Assembly: GCA_033763655.1 (NCBI GenBank)
Contig: JANRKD010000001.1
Coordinates: forward strand, 23 to 64,022
Source of the DNA: Alphaproteobacteria bacterium
GTDB lineage: Bacteria; Pseudomonadota; Alphaproteobacteria; Rickettsiales; UBA3002
Direction of reading: 5' to 3'
Length of the DNA stretch: 64,000 bases
How positions within the stretch are numbered: position 1 is the stretch's first letter; every line of letters starts with the position of its first letter. Positions 8,667 to 17,956 of the stretch are shown here, piece by piece. Under the pieces are notes generated by a model. That model had not been told where the DNA came from. It ran no database searches and saw nothing but the letters and a program-made list of their open reading frames with translations. A program made the position numbers and the translations under genes.

Positions 8667-9665
8667 CTATACCTGACGGAGAGCATGAAGCACCTTGCCA
8701 AGGATTCTGAAATCGATGCCGTCGTTTATGGTCACTTCAAACGGCTCGTAACGGGGGTTTTCCGAGAAGACGCGCACCTTGTTTCGGGGTAGGCGCTGCA
8801 AGTGTTTGACGAGTATCTCTCCTTCCAAGCGCAACAGGTAAATACCGTCACCTGCCTTCAAATGGCGTTCGGCGCTGCTGCAAACCAGCAGTTCTCCGCC
8901 TTTAATCACGGGCTCCATGCTCTCGCCGCGCGCATAAACAACGAAGGCCTCGCCCCGCGTAAGGCCAAGCGAGCGCACCACTGAGCGGCTCAGGCTCATA
9001 TATTCGGCGACCTCTTCTTTGATAACCGCCGCGCCGTCGCCGGCGCTGGCCTCGACATTCATCACCGGCAGGCGGAAGGAATCCTCGCTCACAGGCTCCT
9101 GAGCTATTGCTGCGCGCTCAACCGCTCGCGGCTGAGGCATGTTCATGCCCTGAATACGCTCCATCGAACCTTTGCCGGAAATGAGCCAGCCCGCATCAAG
9201 GTTTGCGACCTGGGCAATCAAATTAAGCTGCTCAATTGTCGGCTCTTCTTTGCCCGCCATGAAGGCATCGATTAGCTTATCATCGATTCTGGTTGTCAGT
9301 GAAATAGGCATGACGCCGCCCATCTCCTTGACGACCCACTTCATCCGGTCAGGCAGGCTTTCCGCCATATTGCGGATGATATCACTCTCCTGAAGTGGGG
9401 CTGGTTTTCCATCCGGAGTGCCTTCGCCTACTCCAAGCCACAAAAAGGAAACGCTGGCTGCACGTGCCATTGCCACCACCCGCTCTCTTGATGGATCAGA
9501 ACCTGCCATATAATCAGCGATAGTCGGCGCACTGATGCCCGAGGCGCGGGCTAGAGCCGCTACGCTGCCCACCTTGTCCACGCAAAAATTCAGCCTCTCG
9601 ATGAAAGCGATGCGATCAGAAGTAAGGTTTGCCGATTTTTTTGCAGGTTTAATCTGCTTTTGCAT
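8667..9665 (-). CDS. Prophage repressor, CI/LexA-type with S24 peptidase domain
   Basis: Two N-terminal HTH-like segments. C-terminal GESMEP (Ser) and ILVKHL (Lys) S24 signature. Transcribed toward the left end, like Mu c. Confidence 0.8.
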   Translation of the reverse strand: MQKQIKPAKKSANLTSDRIAFIERLNFCVDKVGSVAALARASGISAPTIADYMAGSDPSRERVVAMARAASVSFLWLGVGEGTPDGKPAPLQESDIIRNMAESLPDRMKWVVKEMGGVMPISLTTRIDDKLIDAFMAGKEEPTIEQLNLIAQVANLDAGWLISGKGSMERIQGMNMPQPRAVERAAIAQEPVSEDSFRLPVMNVEASAGDGAAVIKEEVAEYMSLSRSVVRSLGLTRGEAFVVYARGESMEPVIKGGELLVCSSAERHLKAGDGIYLLRLEGEILVKHLQRLPRNKVRVFSENPRYEPFEVTINDGIDFRILGKVLHALRQV

Positions 9666-9753
9666 CTTGGCGTTTTTCCCTAATAATTCAATGTTTTAGA
9701 ATTGTTATAAAAGGCAATCCTTCCAACCTGAACCCGCAAAATAATGTTTTCCG

Positions 9754-9781
9754 TTGACTAAACATCGGCAAACCTTATTAT
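9754..9781 (+). promoter_or_regulatory. Putative early promoter (TTGACT-16 nt-TATTAT)
   Basis: Sigma-70-like hexamers in the AT-rich 181-bp gap between the divergent repressor and ner genes. Confidence 0.45.
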
Positions 9782-9846
9782 GGGTGCATTAGTCGAATCA
9801 ACCACACCAAAAAAAACCGGCTCCACCCGGTCTTCAAAGGAGAGAT

Positions 9847-10275
9847 ATGGCACGTACCAAAAACTGGCATGCGGAAGATATCAAGGCCGCTGTACGAAAG
9901 CGTGGAAAAACGCTGATCGATATCGGGTTGGAGGCTGGGCTTCACCGCACCGCAGGTAGCCACGCTCTCAGAGCCCCTTTTCCATCCGCGCAAATTGCTA
10001 TCGCAAACTTCCTTGGCCTATCCGTGCATGACATCTGGCCGCTTTGGTATGATCAAAGTGGCCAGCGCATTGGACTGCTAAAATCTAAGCGTAACCCTAA
10101 CCCTAATGCGGGGCTCTGTCACCGCAAAAAAAGCCCCTCTGAATTAGCAGCCATTTTCGGCTCTACGGAATCTCCCCACCATCCTGACAGAAGCGCACGG
10201 CAAGCGCGGGGGGAGGGCGTGGCGGTTTTCTCCGCCGCCACGCCTGCAAAAAGCGACGGGGCGCATCATGCATAG
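9847..10275 (+). CDS. ner: Ner-like DNA-binding protein (extended C-terminus)
   Basis: N-terminal NWHAEDIKAAVRKRGKTLIDIGLEAGL...IANFLGLSVHDIWPLWY resembles the Ner/Nlp family. The ORF runs to 142 aa. Confidence 0.7.
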   Translation: MARTKNWHAEDIKAAVRKRGKTLIDIGLEAGLHRTAGSHALRAPFPSAQIAIANFLGLSVHDIWPLWYDQSGQRIGLLKSKRNPNPNAGLCHRKKSPSELAAIFGSTESPHHPDRSARQARGEGVAVFSAATPAKSDGAHHA

Positions 10276-10594
10276 CCGCGCCTACACAGATAGCGAGAAC
10301 GACATCATTCACTACCAACCGCTCCGCTCCGAAGTGGCGCCGGCAATCTATTCCCGACCCGAGCGCTCAATGACGCCGGCGCAGATGCGCGAAATCGGCA
10401 AGACCCGCCGCGCCGCCGTCCATGGCAGAACGGTTGCCTTCATGCGCCTGTCGCCGACATGCAAAGTCACCCCTATCTGGAACACCTGCTGGCATGAAGA
10501 ATACCTGACCGAGGATGAGGCACATCAGGCCGCTGCGGTCTGGGAACGGCGCGTCATGATCATGCAGCCCGGTTTCTCGGCGAGGCAGGCATGA
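10268..10594 (+). CDS. Hypothetical phage protein
   Basis: 108-aa ORF overlapping its neighbours in an operon-like way. No recognisable motif. Confidence 0.45.
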   Translation: MHSRAYTDSENDIIHYQPLRSEVAPAIYSRPERSMTPAQMREIGKTRRAAVHGRTVAFMRLSPTCKVTPIWNTCWHEEYLTEDEAHQAAAVWERRVMIMQPGFSARQA

Positions 10595-10785
10595 GTGCAC
10601 ATTTTTTACATCTCCCCGCCGAACATCTGATTGCTGCTGAAATGCGCCTGGCACGGCGCGCCACCCTGCCTTCGGACAATGGCGCGTTGCCGTTTGCCAA
10701 CTGGCTGCTCGGCCATGTGAGCGCAGGTCGCATCAGCATCGAAATGGCCGAGGCCATCTGCCGCTATCAGGAGAACGTCGCATGA
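10591..10785 (+). CDS. Hypothetical phage protein
   Basis: 64-aa ORF with ATGA junctions on both sides. Confidence 0.45.
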   Translation: MSAHFLHLPAEHLIAAEMRLARRATLPSDNGALPFANWLLGHVSAGRISIEMAEAICRYQENVA

Positions 10786-10883
10786 GAATGATCCGCACCA
10801 TCGTCGACGTCTTTATCTCGCCTGCCGTGCTGATGCTGTTTTTCCTCTGTGTTCTGTTCAGTGGAGGTGATGATGACGCATAG
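10782..10883 (+). CDS. Tiny single-TM ORF (33 aa)
   Basis: MRMIRTIVDVFISPAVLMLFFLCVLFSGGDDDA read by hand. ATGA overlap with the upstream ORF. Below the ORF-track cutoff. Confidence 0.35.
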   Translation: MRMIRTIVDVFISPAVLMLFFLCVLFSGGDDDA

Positions 10884-11088
10884 TTCCAAACTCACGCCGC
10901 CCTGCCGCACATGCGGGAAGGGCAACGGCTTCTGCTTTGTCTGCGGCCGTAAACCTGCCGACATGCCGATGGAAGAAGGCTTCACATTCAATGCGCACGC
11001 AGGCATCTGCCTGACATGCCTGCGTACCCTTCTCAAGCGCCTGGTCACACATATGGATACATCATCCGGCGGAGGGCGCAATGGTTAG
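10870..11088 (+). CDS. Small Cys-rich (zinc-ribbon-like) phage protein
   Basis: CRTCGKGNGFCFVCG ... CLTC pairs of CxxC. GGAGGTG Shine-Dalgarno before the ATG at 10870. Confidence 0.5.
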   Translation: MMTHSSKLTPPCRTCGKGNGFCFVCGRKPADMPMEEGFTFNAHAGICLTCLRTLLKRLVTHMDTSSGGGRNG

Positions 11089-11199
11089 CCTTCATCGCGC
11101 ATTAAATGTCACTTTAATTGCTATCCTGCTGGCCTTGCCTTTCGTGCTGCGCGACGGCTACCACAAATGGACGAAGATGGAAGACGCGCGGAGGGGCCA

Positions 11200-11586
11200 A
11201 TGAGCAACCTCGCCAGGGCACAGCTTTACAGCGTCATCCAGAAGGCGCTGCCGAACTGGCTGCATGATGACATCTGCCTCGTCGCCGGTCGCTGGTATGC
11301 TGCGAGCAAAGGCGATCCAATCTACCCGCTGAGCGATGCGCTTGAGCACCAGCTGCACCTGCAGCCCATGTGGAAACGCGAAGCACAAGAGCGCGAGCAG
11401 GAAATCGCCTGGCGCAAGGGACTGTCAGAAAAAACCGCGAAGGAGGTGGAGGCCATGTGCCGCCGCCTGCTGCGTGGCAATCCAAGAAACCGATTCGTGC
11501 GCGAGCAGTACCCGCAACTCTACGCGGTAATCACTGCCGAACAGCAGGCGGCAACCATGCACCGGGGGAAAGAACATGCCGCGTAA
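11200..11586 (+). CDS. Hypothetical phage protein
   Basis: ORF 11167..11586 trimmed to MSNLARAQLY, preceded by GGAGGGG. Confidence 0.5.
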   Translation: MSNLARAQLYSVIQKALPNWLHDDICLVAGRWYAASKGDPIYPLSDALEHQLHLQPMWKREAQEREQEIAWRKGLSEKTAKEVEAMCRRLLRGNPRNRFVREQYPQLYAVITAEQQAATMHRGKEHAA

Positions 11587-12112
11587 AAAGTCCGGTGCCG
11601 CCGCAAAAAACCAGCTCACCTTCTCATTTGAGGTGTCGGTGGATGATGTGTTTACGCTCGAGGGCGGATCGCCTGCCGGGCTTTCCGACTTTGATTTCCA
11701 TCTGCGCAACACGCTCAAGGAGCTGCTCGACGACGCGGCCAGACGCCCCGTTAACCCGCTCGACCGCGAAGAAATAGCCGCACGCATGACCGATAAGCTG
11801 GGCCGCAGAATCACCAAAACACACCTCGACGAGTGGACAGCCAAGGCCACCATCAATCGCCGCATCCATGTGGATGCGTTGCGTGGGCTTTGCGAGGTCA
11901 CCGGCGACATGCGGCCCATCCATTATTTCGTCGAGAGCTGCGGGTTGCGGGCATTAACGCCCGACCTTGCCCGCTGCGCGGAATGGGGCGCATCGGAAGT
12001 GATTCGCCGCAATCTGGCCAACAAACAGAAGTCGCTGGGTATCGAGCTTGAGAACCCGACCGTTATTAACGCGCTAACTAATCGCCTATTAAATGGGGGA
12101 AACCATGACTAA
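11576..12112 (+). CDS. Hypothetical phage protein (178 aa)
   Basis: Long ORF with phage-like codon usage immediately upstream of the transposase gene. No motif recognised. Confidence 0.55.
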   Translation: MPRKKSGAAAKNQLTFSFEVSVDDVFTLEGGSPAGLSDFDFHLRNTLKELLDDAARRPVNPLDREEIAARMTDKLGRRITKTHLDEWTAKATINRRIHVDALRGLCEVTGDMRPIHYFVESCGLRALTPDLARCAEWGASEVIRRNLANKQKSLGIELENPTVINALTNRLLNGGNHD

Positions 12113-12225
12113 AATTGTTCTGCCGGGCTTTCCTCATACTAAAGAGAGAATTAAAGAACTGGCGCAAAAAAATTGGCCATTTCACTTTAGCGCGCAAACC
12201 GATCTCGACGAAAAGGAGATCGTGC

Positions 12226-14451
12226 ATGATTAAGGTAGCATATACTGCGCGGGAACTGGCGGAGATGACGCTATCGGGCTGGCCCAATACTCGGCAAGGT
12301 ATAGAATACCTTGCGAAAAAGGGACGGTGGCCCAGCAAACCTAGAGAAGCACGCGGCGGCGGGTCTGAGTACCCGCTTGCCACGCTGCCTGCTGCATTAC
12401 AAAAGGCAATCATCGGGCGCATGGTAGAGGCTTCTAAGTGCGTGAACCTGCTCGCTCCTATCGAGGGGCTGAGCGCGGCTATTCCGCACGTCGGCAGGAT
12501 CGAGCGGCAGGCCGCCAAGCTGATGATCGTCCAGTATTTCGAGAAGTATTGCCGCACCACCGGCCAGTGCATCACGCGCGCCGAGCAACTGTTCCTGGCG
12601 AACTACAAGCTTCAGGCGGCGCAGACGCCCAACGATCTGCCCTTCAATGTCTATGCGGACTTCTCCCTGGCAAGCCTCCACCGCTGGCGTGCAATAGCGG
12701 TGACCGCGCCAGAAGCACTTGGCGGCAAGTATGGTGGCCGCAAGGGAACGGGTGTTCTCAAACGCGCCAATGGCGGTCAGGTTGCCACATACATCGCCGC
12801 GCTGATGTCGGAGAATCGCCACTATAAGGGCGGGCACTTGCGCGATATGACGCGCGCCCGCTTCGGCAATCAGCTCGATGTCGCCGGCAAGAAGGTTGCG
12901 TTGCCGTCGCTTCGCGCTTTCGAGCGCCATATCGTCGAATGGAAAACCGAGAACGCCCAGCTGTTCACCGCCATCACCGCGCCCGGCACGTTCAAAAACC
13001 AGATGCGCGTCGCCGCCGGCGACGCGACCGGCAGCATCGAGCGGCTCAACCAGCAATGGCAGATCGACGCCAGCCCGGCCGACGCGCTTTGCAAGGACGG
13101 ACGCTACAGCATCTACGCCATTATCGACGTATGGAGCCGCCGCGCTTTGTTTAGCGTCAGCAAGACCGCCAAGACCGAGGGATCGCTGCTGCTGGTGCGC
13201 AAGGCTGTCATGGCATGGGGATTCCCGGAAAGCATCAAGACCGACAACGGCGCCGACTTTATCTCGCGCCGGTTCAAGATCGCACTGGCGGCGCTCGGCA
13301 TCCAGCAGGAGATCAGCCCTCCTTACTCGCCCGAGAAGAAAGCCTTCGTCGAGCGCGTGATTGGGACGATGCAGCGCGACCTGATGGCGATCCTGCCGGG
13401 CTTCTCCGGACATAACGTCGCCGACCGGCAACGCATCCGCGATCAAAAGGATTTCGCATCGCGCCTGGGCGAATCCGCAGACTCGATGTTCTCTGTCGAG
13501 CTGACTTCCACGGAGCTGCAGGTGATGCTGGATAAATGGGCCGATGGCAAATATGGCCGCGCCGTGCATGAAGGCATCGGCACTTCACCGATGGAGAAAG
13601 CCGCGAGCTGGCCGGAAGCGGTGCGTAAGCCCAACGACATCCGCGCACTCGACCTGCTGCTGGCGCCTATCGCCGGTGGCAACGGCATGCGGTCGGTGAC
13701 CAAGTCGGGCCTGCGCATCGATGGCCGCCAATATCTCAGCGAAGCGTTGCTGCCTTACATCGGCAAGCAGGTGATGGTGCGTCACGACCCTGCCGATCTG
13801 GGCCGCATTTATGCGTTCAGCGATGATGAAGAGTTCCTCTTCGAGGCAATCAACCCGGAAACGCTGGGCATCAACCCAGCCGCCTTCGCCCGTCAGCTGC
13901 AGGCTGCACAGGCCGCGCTCATTGGCGAAAAGAAGAAAGAGTTGAACGCGGTGCGCCGTAAGCTCAACCGGAAGGATCTGGCCGATCAGATCCTTTCGAT
14001 GCATTCCGCCGGCACCGTTGAGGCCTTCCCGCGCCCGGCCGAGGGATATACCTCGCCGGCGCTGGAAGCGGCGGCGCGTGCAATGACCGCCACTCCCATC
14101 GTGCCGGACTCGCCTGAGCTTAAAATCCGCATGAAGCATGTCGCTGCGCGCATGAAAAATGCACCAGTCGAAGAAGACCTGGACGCTGCCAAGCACCAGC
14201 GACTGGATGAATGTGACCGCCTGGTCGCCGAAGGCAAGCCATTGCCACCCGAACAGATTGCATGGCTTGAGCGCGTTGATGGCCAAGCCTGGCTGCAATC
14301 GCGCCGATTTCAGCGTGAACGTCAGGCACAAGCGGATGCGCTTTACGCCAAACGCCGAGCGGAGCTGGGTTTGGATATCCCAACTGTCCCCACTATTCCG
14401 ACTGCCCCAAACGACAAGAATAACAACAACCAACCACTTGTAGGAGAGTGA
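12226..14451 (+). CDS. MuA-like DDE transposase
   Basis: WQIDASPAD (D), IKTDNGADFIS (D) and PYSPEKKAFVER (E) in RNaseH-fold order. N-terminal DNA-binding region. AAGGAG SD before the ATG at 12226. Confidence 0.9.
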   Translation: MIKVAYTARELAEMTLSGWPNTRQGIEYLAKKGRWPSKPREARGGGSEYPLATLPAALQKAIIGRMVEASKCVNLLAPIEGLSAAIPHVGRIERQAAKLMIVQYFEKYCRTTGQCITRAEQLFLANYKLQAAQTPNDLPFNVYADFSLASLHRWRAIAVTAPEALGGKYGGRKGTGVLKRANGGQVATYIAALMSENRHYKGGHLRDMTRARFGNQLDVAGKKVALPSLRAFERHIVEWKTENAQLFTAITAPGTFKNQMRVAAGDATGSIERLNQQWQIDASPADALCKDGRYSIYAIIDVWSRRALFSVSKTAKTEGSLLLVRKAVMAWGFPESIKTDNGADFISRRFKIALAALGIQQEISPPYSPEKKAFVERVIGTMQRDLMAILPGFSGHNVADRQRIRDQKDFASRLGESADSMFSVELTSTELQVMLDKWADGKYGRAVHEGIGTSPMEKAASWPEAVRKPNDIRALDLLLAPIAGGNGMRSVTKSGLRIDGRQYLSEALLPYIGKQVMVRHDPADLGRIYAFSDDEEFLFEAINPETLGINPAAFARQLQAAQAALIGEKKKELNAVRRKLNRKDLADQILSMHSAGTVEAFPRPAEGYTSPALEAAARAMTATPIVPDSPELKIRMKHVAARMKNAPVEEDLDAAKHQRLDECDRLVAEGKPLPPEQIAWLERVDGQAWLQSRRFQRERQAQADALYAKRRAELGLDIPTVPTIPTAPNDKNNNNQPLVGE

Positions 14452-14453
14452 TT

Positions 14454-15203
14454 ATGCCGACCATAAAAACCATTCCAGCCCGCGTACACGGAGCTGCACC
14501 CCTTCGCAATATCGGGCTTTTGGAGGAGCTGCTATTGCGGGCAATTAATCGTGAGTCGCATCTGCCCGGCATCGTGACTTTCTCAGGCCCAAGCGGCTTT
14601 GGAAAGTCTACAGCGGTTGGTTTTGTGACGGCGCAGTACCAAGCCATTTATGTGGAGGTACGCAGCGTTTGGACGAAAAAGGCATTTCTCGAGAATATCC
14701 TTGCGCGCGGCATGGGCATTAAACCCGCTCCCACAATAGCGGCCATGGCAGATCAGGTATCCGAAGAGCTGGCTACTTCGCAGCGGCCTTTAATGCTTGA
14801 TGAAGCGGACAACCTGATTGAGCGCAATCTGATTGAGTTGGTGCGTGACCTCTACGAGCAAAGCAAGGCGCCGGTCGTGCTGATCGGTGAGGAGCTATTG
14901 CCGCAAAAGCTCAAACGCTGGGAGCGTTTCCACGGACGCGTGATGGACTGGGCACAGGCACTGCCTGCCAATGGCAATGATGTCCGCACGCTGGTTCGCC
15001 ACTATGCGCCTGACATCGAGTTGCGTGACGATTTTGTGAATCGCCTGGTGCAGGAGGCCAATGGTTCAGTGCGCCGAATCGTCACCAACATCGACAAGAT
15101 TGCCTACGTCGCGCGCGGCGAAGGCTGGAAAACGGTTGGCTTGGCAGAATGGGGGAATCGCCCGCTTCATTCCTCGACGCCGCCGCAAGCACGGAAGTTC
15201 TAG
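14454..15203 (+). CDS. MuB-like AAA+ transposition ATPase
   Basis: Walker A GPSGFGKST and Walker B LMLDEADNL. Directly downstream of the transposase gene. Confidence 0.85.
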   Translation: MPTIKTIPARVHGAAPLRNIGLLEELLLRAINRESHLPGIVTFSGPSGFGKSTAVGFVTAQYQAIYVEVRSVWTKKAFLENILARGMGIKPAPTIAAMADQVSEELATSQRPLMLDEADNLIERNLIELVRDLYEQSKAPVVLIGEELLPQKLKRWERFHGRVMDWAQALPANGNDVRTLVRHYAPDIELRDDFVNRLVQEANGSVRRIVTNIDKIAYVARGEGWKTVGLAEWGNRPLHSSTPPQARKF

Positions 15204-15205
15204 CC

Positions 15206-15808
15206 ATGGCAAAACGCAAATCACTCGACCGCGATGCCATGTGGGAAGCGATCCGCAAGAAGCGGTCGTTTACCCTCAATGACATCAGCCTCCACACCGA
15301 TCACAGATGCTGCTCGATCAAGGATTTTCTGCAGCCATTGATCCTCGCCGGATATGTTGTCAAGACATCTGGCCAGAAGCCGGCGATCTTTAAGCTGGTG
15401 CGCGATTGCGGGAAGCAGTATCCGCGCCTGGATAAGAAGGGCAATCCTGCGCCGCCTTCCGACACGCAGCGCATGTGGGCCGCTTTGAAAGTGACGGGCT
15501 ACACACCGTTCGATTGCCGCGACCTTGCTTTCGTGGCGAAGACCGAGATCGAGATGGCACGCAAGTATGTCCGCTTTCTGGCGCTGGCCGGGTATCTGCG
15601 CATCATCGAAAAGGAAACGAAGAGGGCGCTGACCAAGTACCTGTTCGTGCGTGCTCGCGATAGTGGCCCGCGTGCGCCTGAACTTCGTGCCCGCCATACG
15701 GAGGTCTATGATCCCAACATCCGCGAGGTGGTCTGGAAGAAGGGCCATGTCCGCGCGCTCGATGTGAAGTCCGGCAAGATGGTCTGGGCAAAGGCAGGTG
15801 CAAAATGA
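15206..15808 (+). CDS. Hypothetical early protein with internal duplication
   Basis: Two similar halves (AMWEAI...LILAGYVVK / RMWAAL...LALAGYLRI). Confidence 0.55.
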   Translation: MAKRKSLDRDAMWEAIRKKRSFTLNDISLHTDHRCCSIKDFLQPLILAGYVVKTSGQKPAIFKLVRDCGKQYPRLDKKGNPAPPSDTQRMWAALKVTGYTPFDCRDLAFVAKTEIEMARKYVRFLALAGYLRIIEKETKRALTKYLFVRARDSGPRAPELRARHTEVYDPNIREVVWKKGHVRALDVKSGKMVWAKAGAK

Positions 15809-16185
15809 GCAAACCCATCCAGCTCACCGCCCTGCAGATTGCGCAGGCGCACTGGACGCCGGTGCCGGATTGGGTGCGCCTGCTCGCGGAATACAGCGAC
15901 AAGCACACTCAGGCAGCCGCGTCGAGGAAGATTGGCCGCTCGGCCAGTCTGGTCAACCAGGTTTTGAAGCAGAAATATCCCGGCGATCTGCAGGCCGTTC
16001 AAGCCCGTGTTGAAACGGCCTTAAAAATTGAGATGGTGCGCTGCCCGATCATGGGGCCAATTGCTGGTAGCGAGTGCCTCAAGCATCAAGGCGTGCCGTA
16101 TAATCCTGGTAATCACATGGCGGTTGCGTTGTTTCGTCAATGCCGCCGCTGCCCGAATGCATGTGGGAGAAAACCCCATGGATAA
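15805..16185 (+). CDS. Putative HTH DNA-binding early protein
   Basis: KIGRSASLVNQVLKQKY HTH-like segment plus a C-terminal Cys cluster. Confidence 0.5.
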   Translation: MSKPIQLTALQIAQAHWTPVPDWVRLLAEYSDKHTQAAASRKIGRSASLVNQVLKQKYPGDLQAVQARVETALKIEMVRCPIMGPIAGSECLKHQGVPYNPGNHMAVALFRQCRRCPNACGRKPHG

Positions 16186-16489
16186 TACTCTGCACACGGA
16201 TCTCACCTATCTCGCGGAAGACTTAGAAATTTACATTCAAGGCATGCAGCGCAACGCGCCAGTGGTGGCTAACTATGACGAGATAAATGACCGCGTCTCT
16301 ATCCTGCGTATGGAATGGCACTCTTACATTTATTTCTTACAGGATTGCAAAAAGCGGGCGGAAGAGTTTGCGCGCCTGGTGAAGCCCGCTGACCAAGCAG
16401 AATTCCTCAATAATCCAAAATTAATCAGTCTCAAACTTGAGCGCATTAAGCGCCGCAATAAAAACCCTGAAAGGATGAAGCCGCTATGA
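16178..16489 (+). CDS. Hypothetical early protein
   Basis: Internal ATG (MDNTLHTDL) of ORF 16028..16489. Helical, no motif. Confidence 0.45.
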   Translation: MDNTLHTDLTYLAEDLEIYIQGMQRNAPVVANYDEINDRVSILRMEWHSYIYFLQDCKKRAEEFARLVKPADQAEFLNNPKLISLKLERIKRRNKNPERMKPL

Positions 16490-17088
16490 ACAACGAAACG
16501 ATGACCAACGAGAAAGGCCATCTGGTGCCAATGGCACTGGTGAAGGCAGAACATAAGCTTGAAAATGACCTGGTGCTGGATCTGTTTGATAAAGCGCGCC
16601 GGATGAACGCCGAAATAGCGCGCTTCAAAATCACCGCCACCGATGACATCGAGGCCTTCCTCGCTCTGGTAGGTGAAAAATACGGTGTTAGGAAAGGTGG
16701 CCAGAAAGGCAACATCACACTGCTGTCCTACGACGGGCTGACCAAGGTGCAGGTGGCGGTTGCCGAAAGCATTGCCTTTGGCCCGCAGTTACAAGTGGCC
16801 AAGACTCTGGTTGATGAGTTCATCAAGGAAAGTATCGAAGGCGTGAACGAGAACATTTGCGCGTTGGTGAATCATGCTTTCGCGGTCGATAGGGAAGGTA
16901 AGGTCAATCGGTCGAACATCCTTAGCCTGCGCCGTCTCGACATCAAGGCGGAGAAGTGGAAACAGGCAATGGCGGCCATCGCGGACTCGATGCGCGTCAC
17001 CTCGACCAAGCAATACATCCGCTTCTATCAGCGCCGCGATCCGGTCGCGCCGTGGGTGGCGATGCCTCTCGATTTCGCAGCGGTGTAA
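16486..17088 (+). CDS. DUF3164-like Mu-phage early protein
   Basis: 200 aa. The GNITLLSYDGLTKVQVA...LVNHAFAVDREGKVN...YIRFYQR pattern matches my recollection of DUF3164. Confidence 0.6.
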   Translation: MNNETMTNEKGHLVPMALVKAEHKLENDLVLDLFDKARRMNAEIARFKITATDDIEAFLALVGEKYGVRKGGQKGNITLLSYDGLTKVQVAVAESIAFGPQLQVAKTLVDEFIKESIEGVNENICALVNHAFAVDREGKVNRSNILSLRRLDIKAEKWKQAMAAIADSMRVTSTKQYIRFYQRRDPVAPWVAMPLDFAAV

Positions 17089-17252
17089 TGATGGCCAAGC
17101 AAACCCTCATCCACCACACCGCCCATTGCTTCGATTGCGGCAAGCAAGTCGATGCGCGGAATGCGCTGGCATGGGCCCATAACCACGCCAATCGGTATGG
17201 ACACGCTGTTGAACTGCAACTGGGATACCGCATTAAACCGGAGAACAAATAA
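17088..17252 (+). CDS. Small Cys/His-containing phage protein
   Basis: MMAKQTLIHHTAHCFDCGKQ...; TAATG junctions with both neighbouring genes. Confidence 0.45.
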   Translation: MMAKQTLIHHTAHCFDCGKQVDARNALAWAHNHANRYGHAVELQLGYRIKPENK

Positions 17253-17956
17253 TGAAAAAAGTCATTTCCTTCAAAGCCCGATCCGGCGGGAAAACATTCG
17301 ACGCTCGGCGCGGCCTAATCGCCAAGGTGCATGTGGCGAAGAAGCAGCTGGCGATGGAAGACGAAAGCTATCGTTCGCTGCTGCGTCGCATTACCGGGAA
17401 AGACAGCGCAGCTGATCTGACGAAGGGGCAGCTGGAATCGGTGCTCAGGGAGTTCGAGCGCCTGGGATTCAGCGGCACCGTGCGCCGCACGAAACCGGGC
17501 GGACTGCCGAGTGAGCCGCAGGCGAAGCTGATCCGGGCGCTTTGGTTCAATCTCTATCACCTTGGCGAATTAGATAATCCGGCCGAGGATGCGCTGGTTG
17601 CTTACTGCCACCGGATGAGTGGCGTGGCGCGCATTGAATGGATGCACTCTGAACAGTTCGATAACGTTATTCGCGGCCTGCGCGGTTGGCTCCAGCGGAT
17701 TGGCTGGGAAAACCCGACGAGCGAGGATATACGCGCTCTCACCATTTTACGCCTCCAGCATGGGGTGCAGGACTCCCCCACCGATTATAGCAGCCTTGCT
17801 GCAAAGGTGGCTACCATCCGGGCGCAGTGCAACCGCATCGATCAGCCGATGGATAAACTTATGGATCTGTGGAGCGCCGAGGAACTGGACGAGATAATCC
17901 GCATTCTTGGCCAAACATGTCGCTCCGTCAAGGCGCAGCAGAGGGAGTCGAAGTAA
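17252..17956 (+). CDS. gemA: GemA (Mu gp16, DUF1018)-like protein
   Basis: IAKVHVAKKQLAMEDESYRSLLRRITGKDSAADLTKGQLESVLREFERLGF is the typical GemA N-terminal block. Confidence 0.8.
   Translation: MKKVISFKARSGGKTFDARRGLIAKVHVAKKQLAMEDESYRSLLRRITGKDSAADLTKGQLESVLREFERLGFSGTVRRTKPGGLPSEPQAKLIRALWFNLYHLGELDNPAEDALVAYCHRMSGVARIEWMHSEQFDNVIRGLRGWLQRIGWENPTSEDIRALTILRLQHGVQDSPTDYSSLAAKVATIRAQCNRIDQPMDKLMDLWSAEELDEIIRILGQTCRSVKAQQRESK

Noticed and set aside
8305-8701. ORFs 8305..8619 and 8510..8701 on the minus strand at the prophage left end.
   Set aside because: They span the host/phage junction and the left-end repeat sites, and they have no motif. They are most likely non-coding attL DNA.
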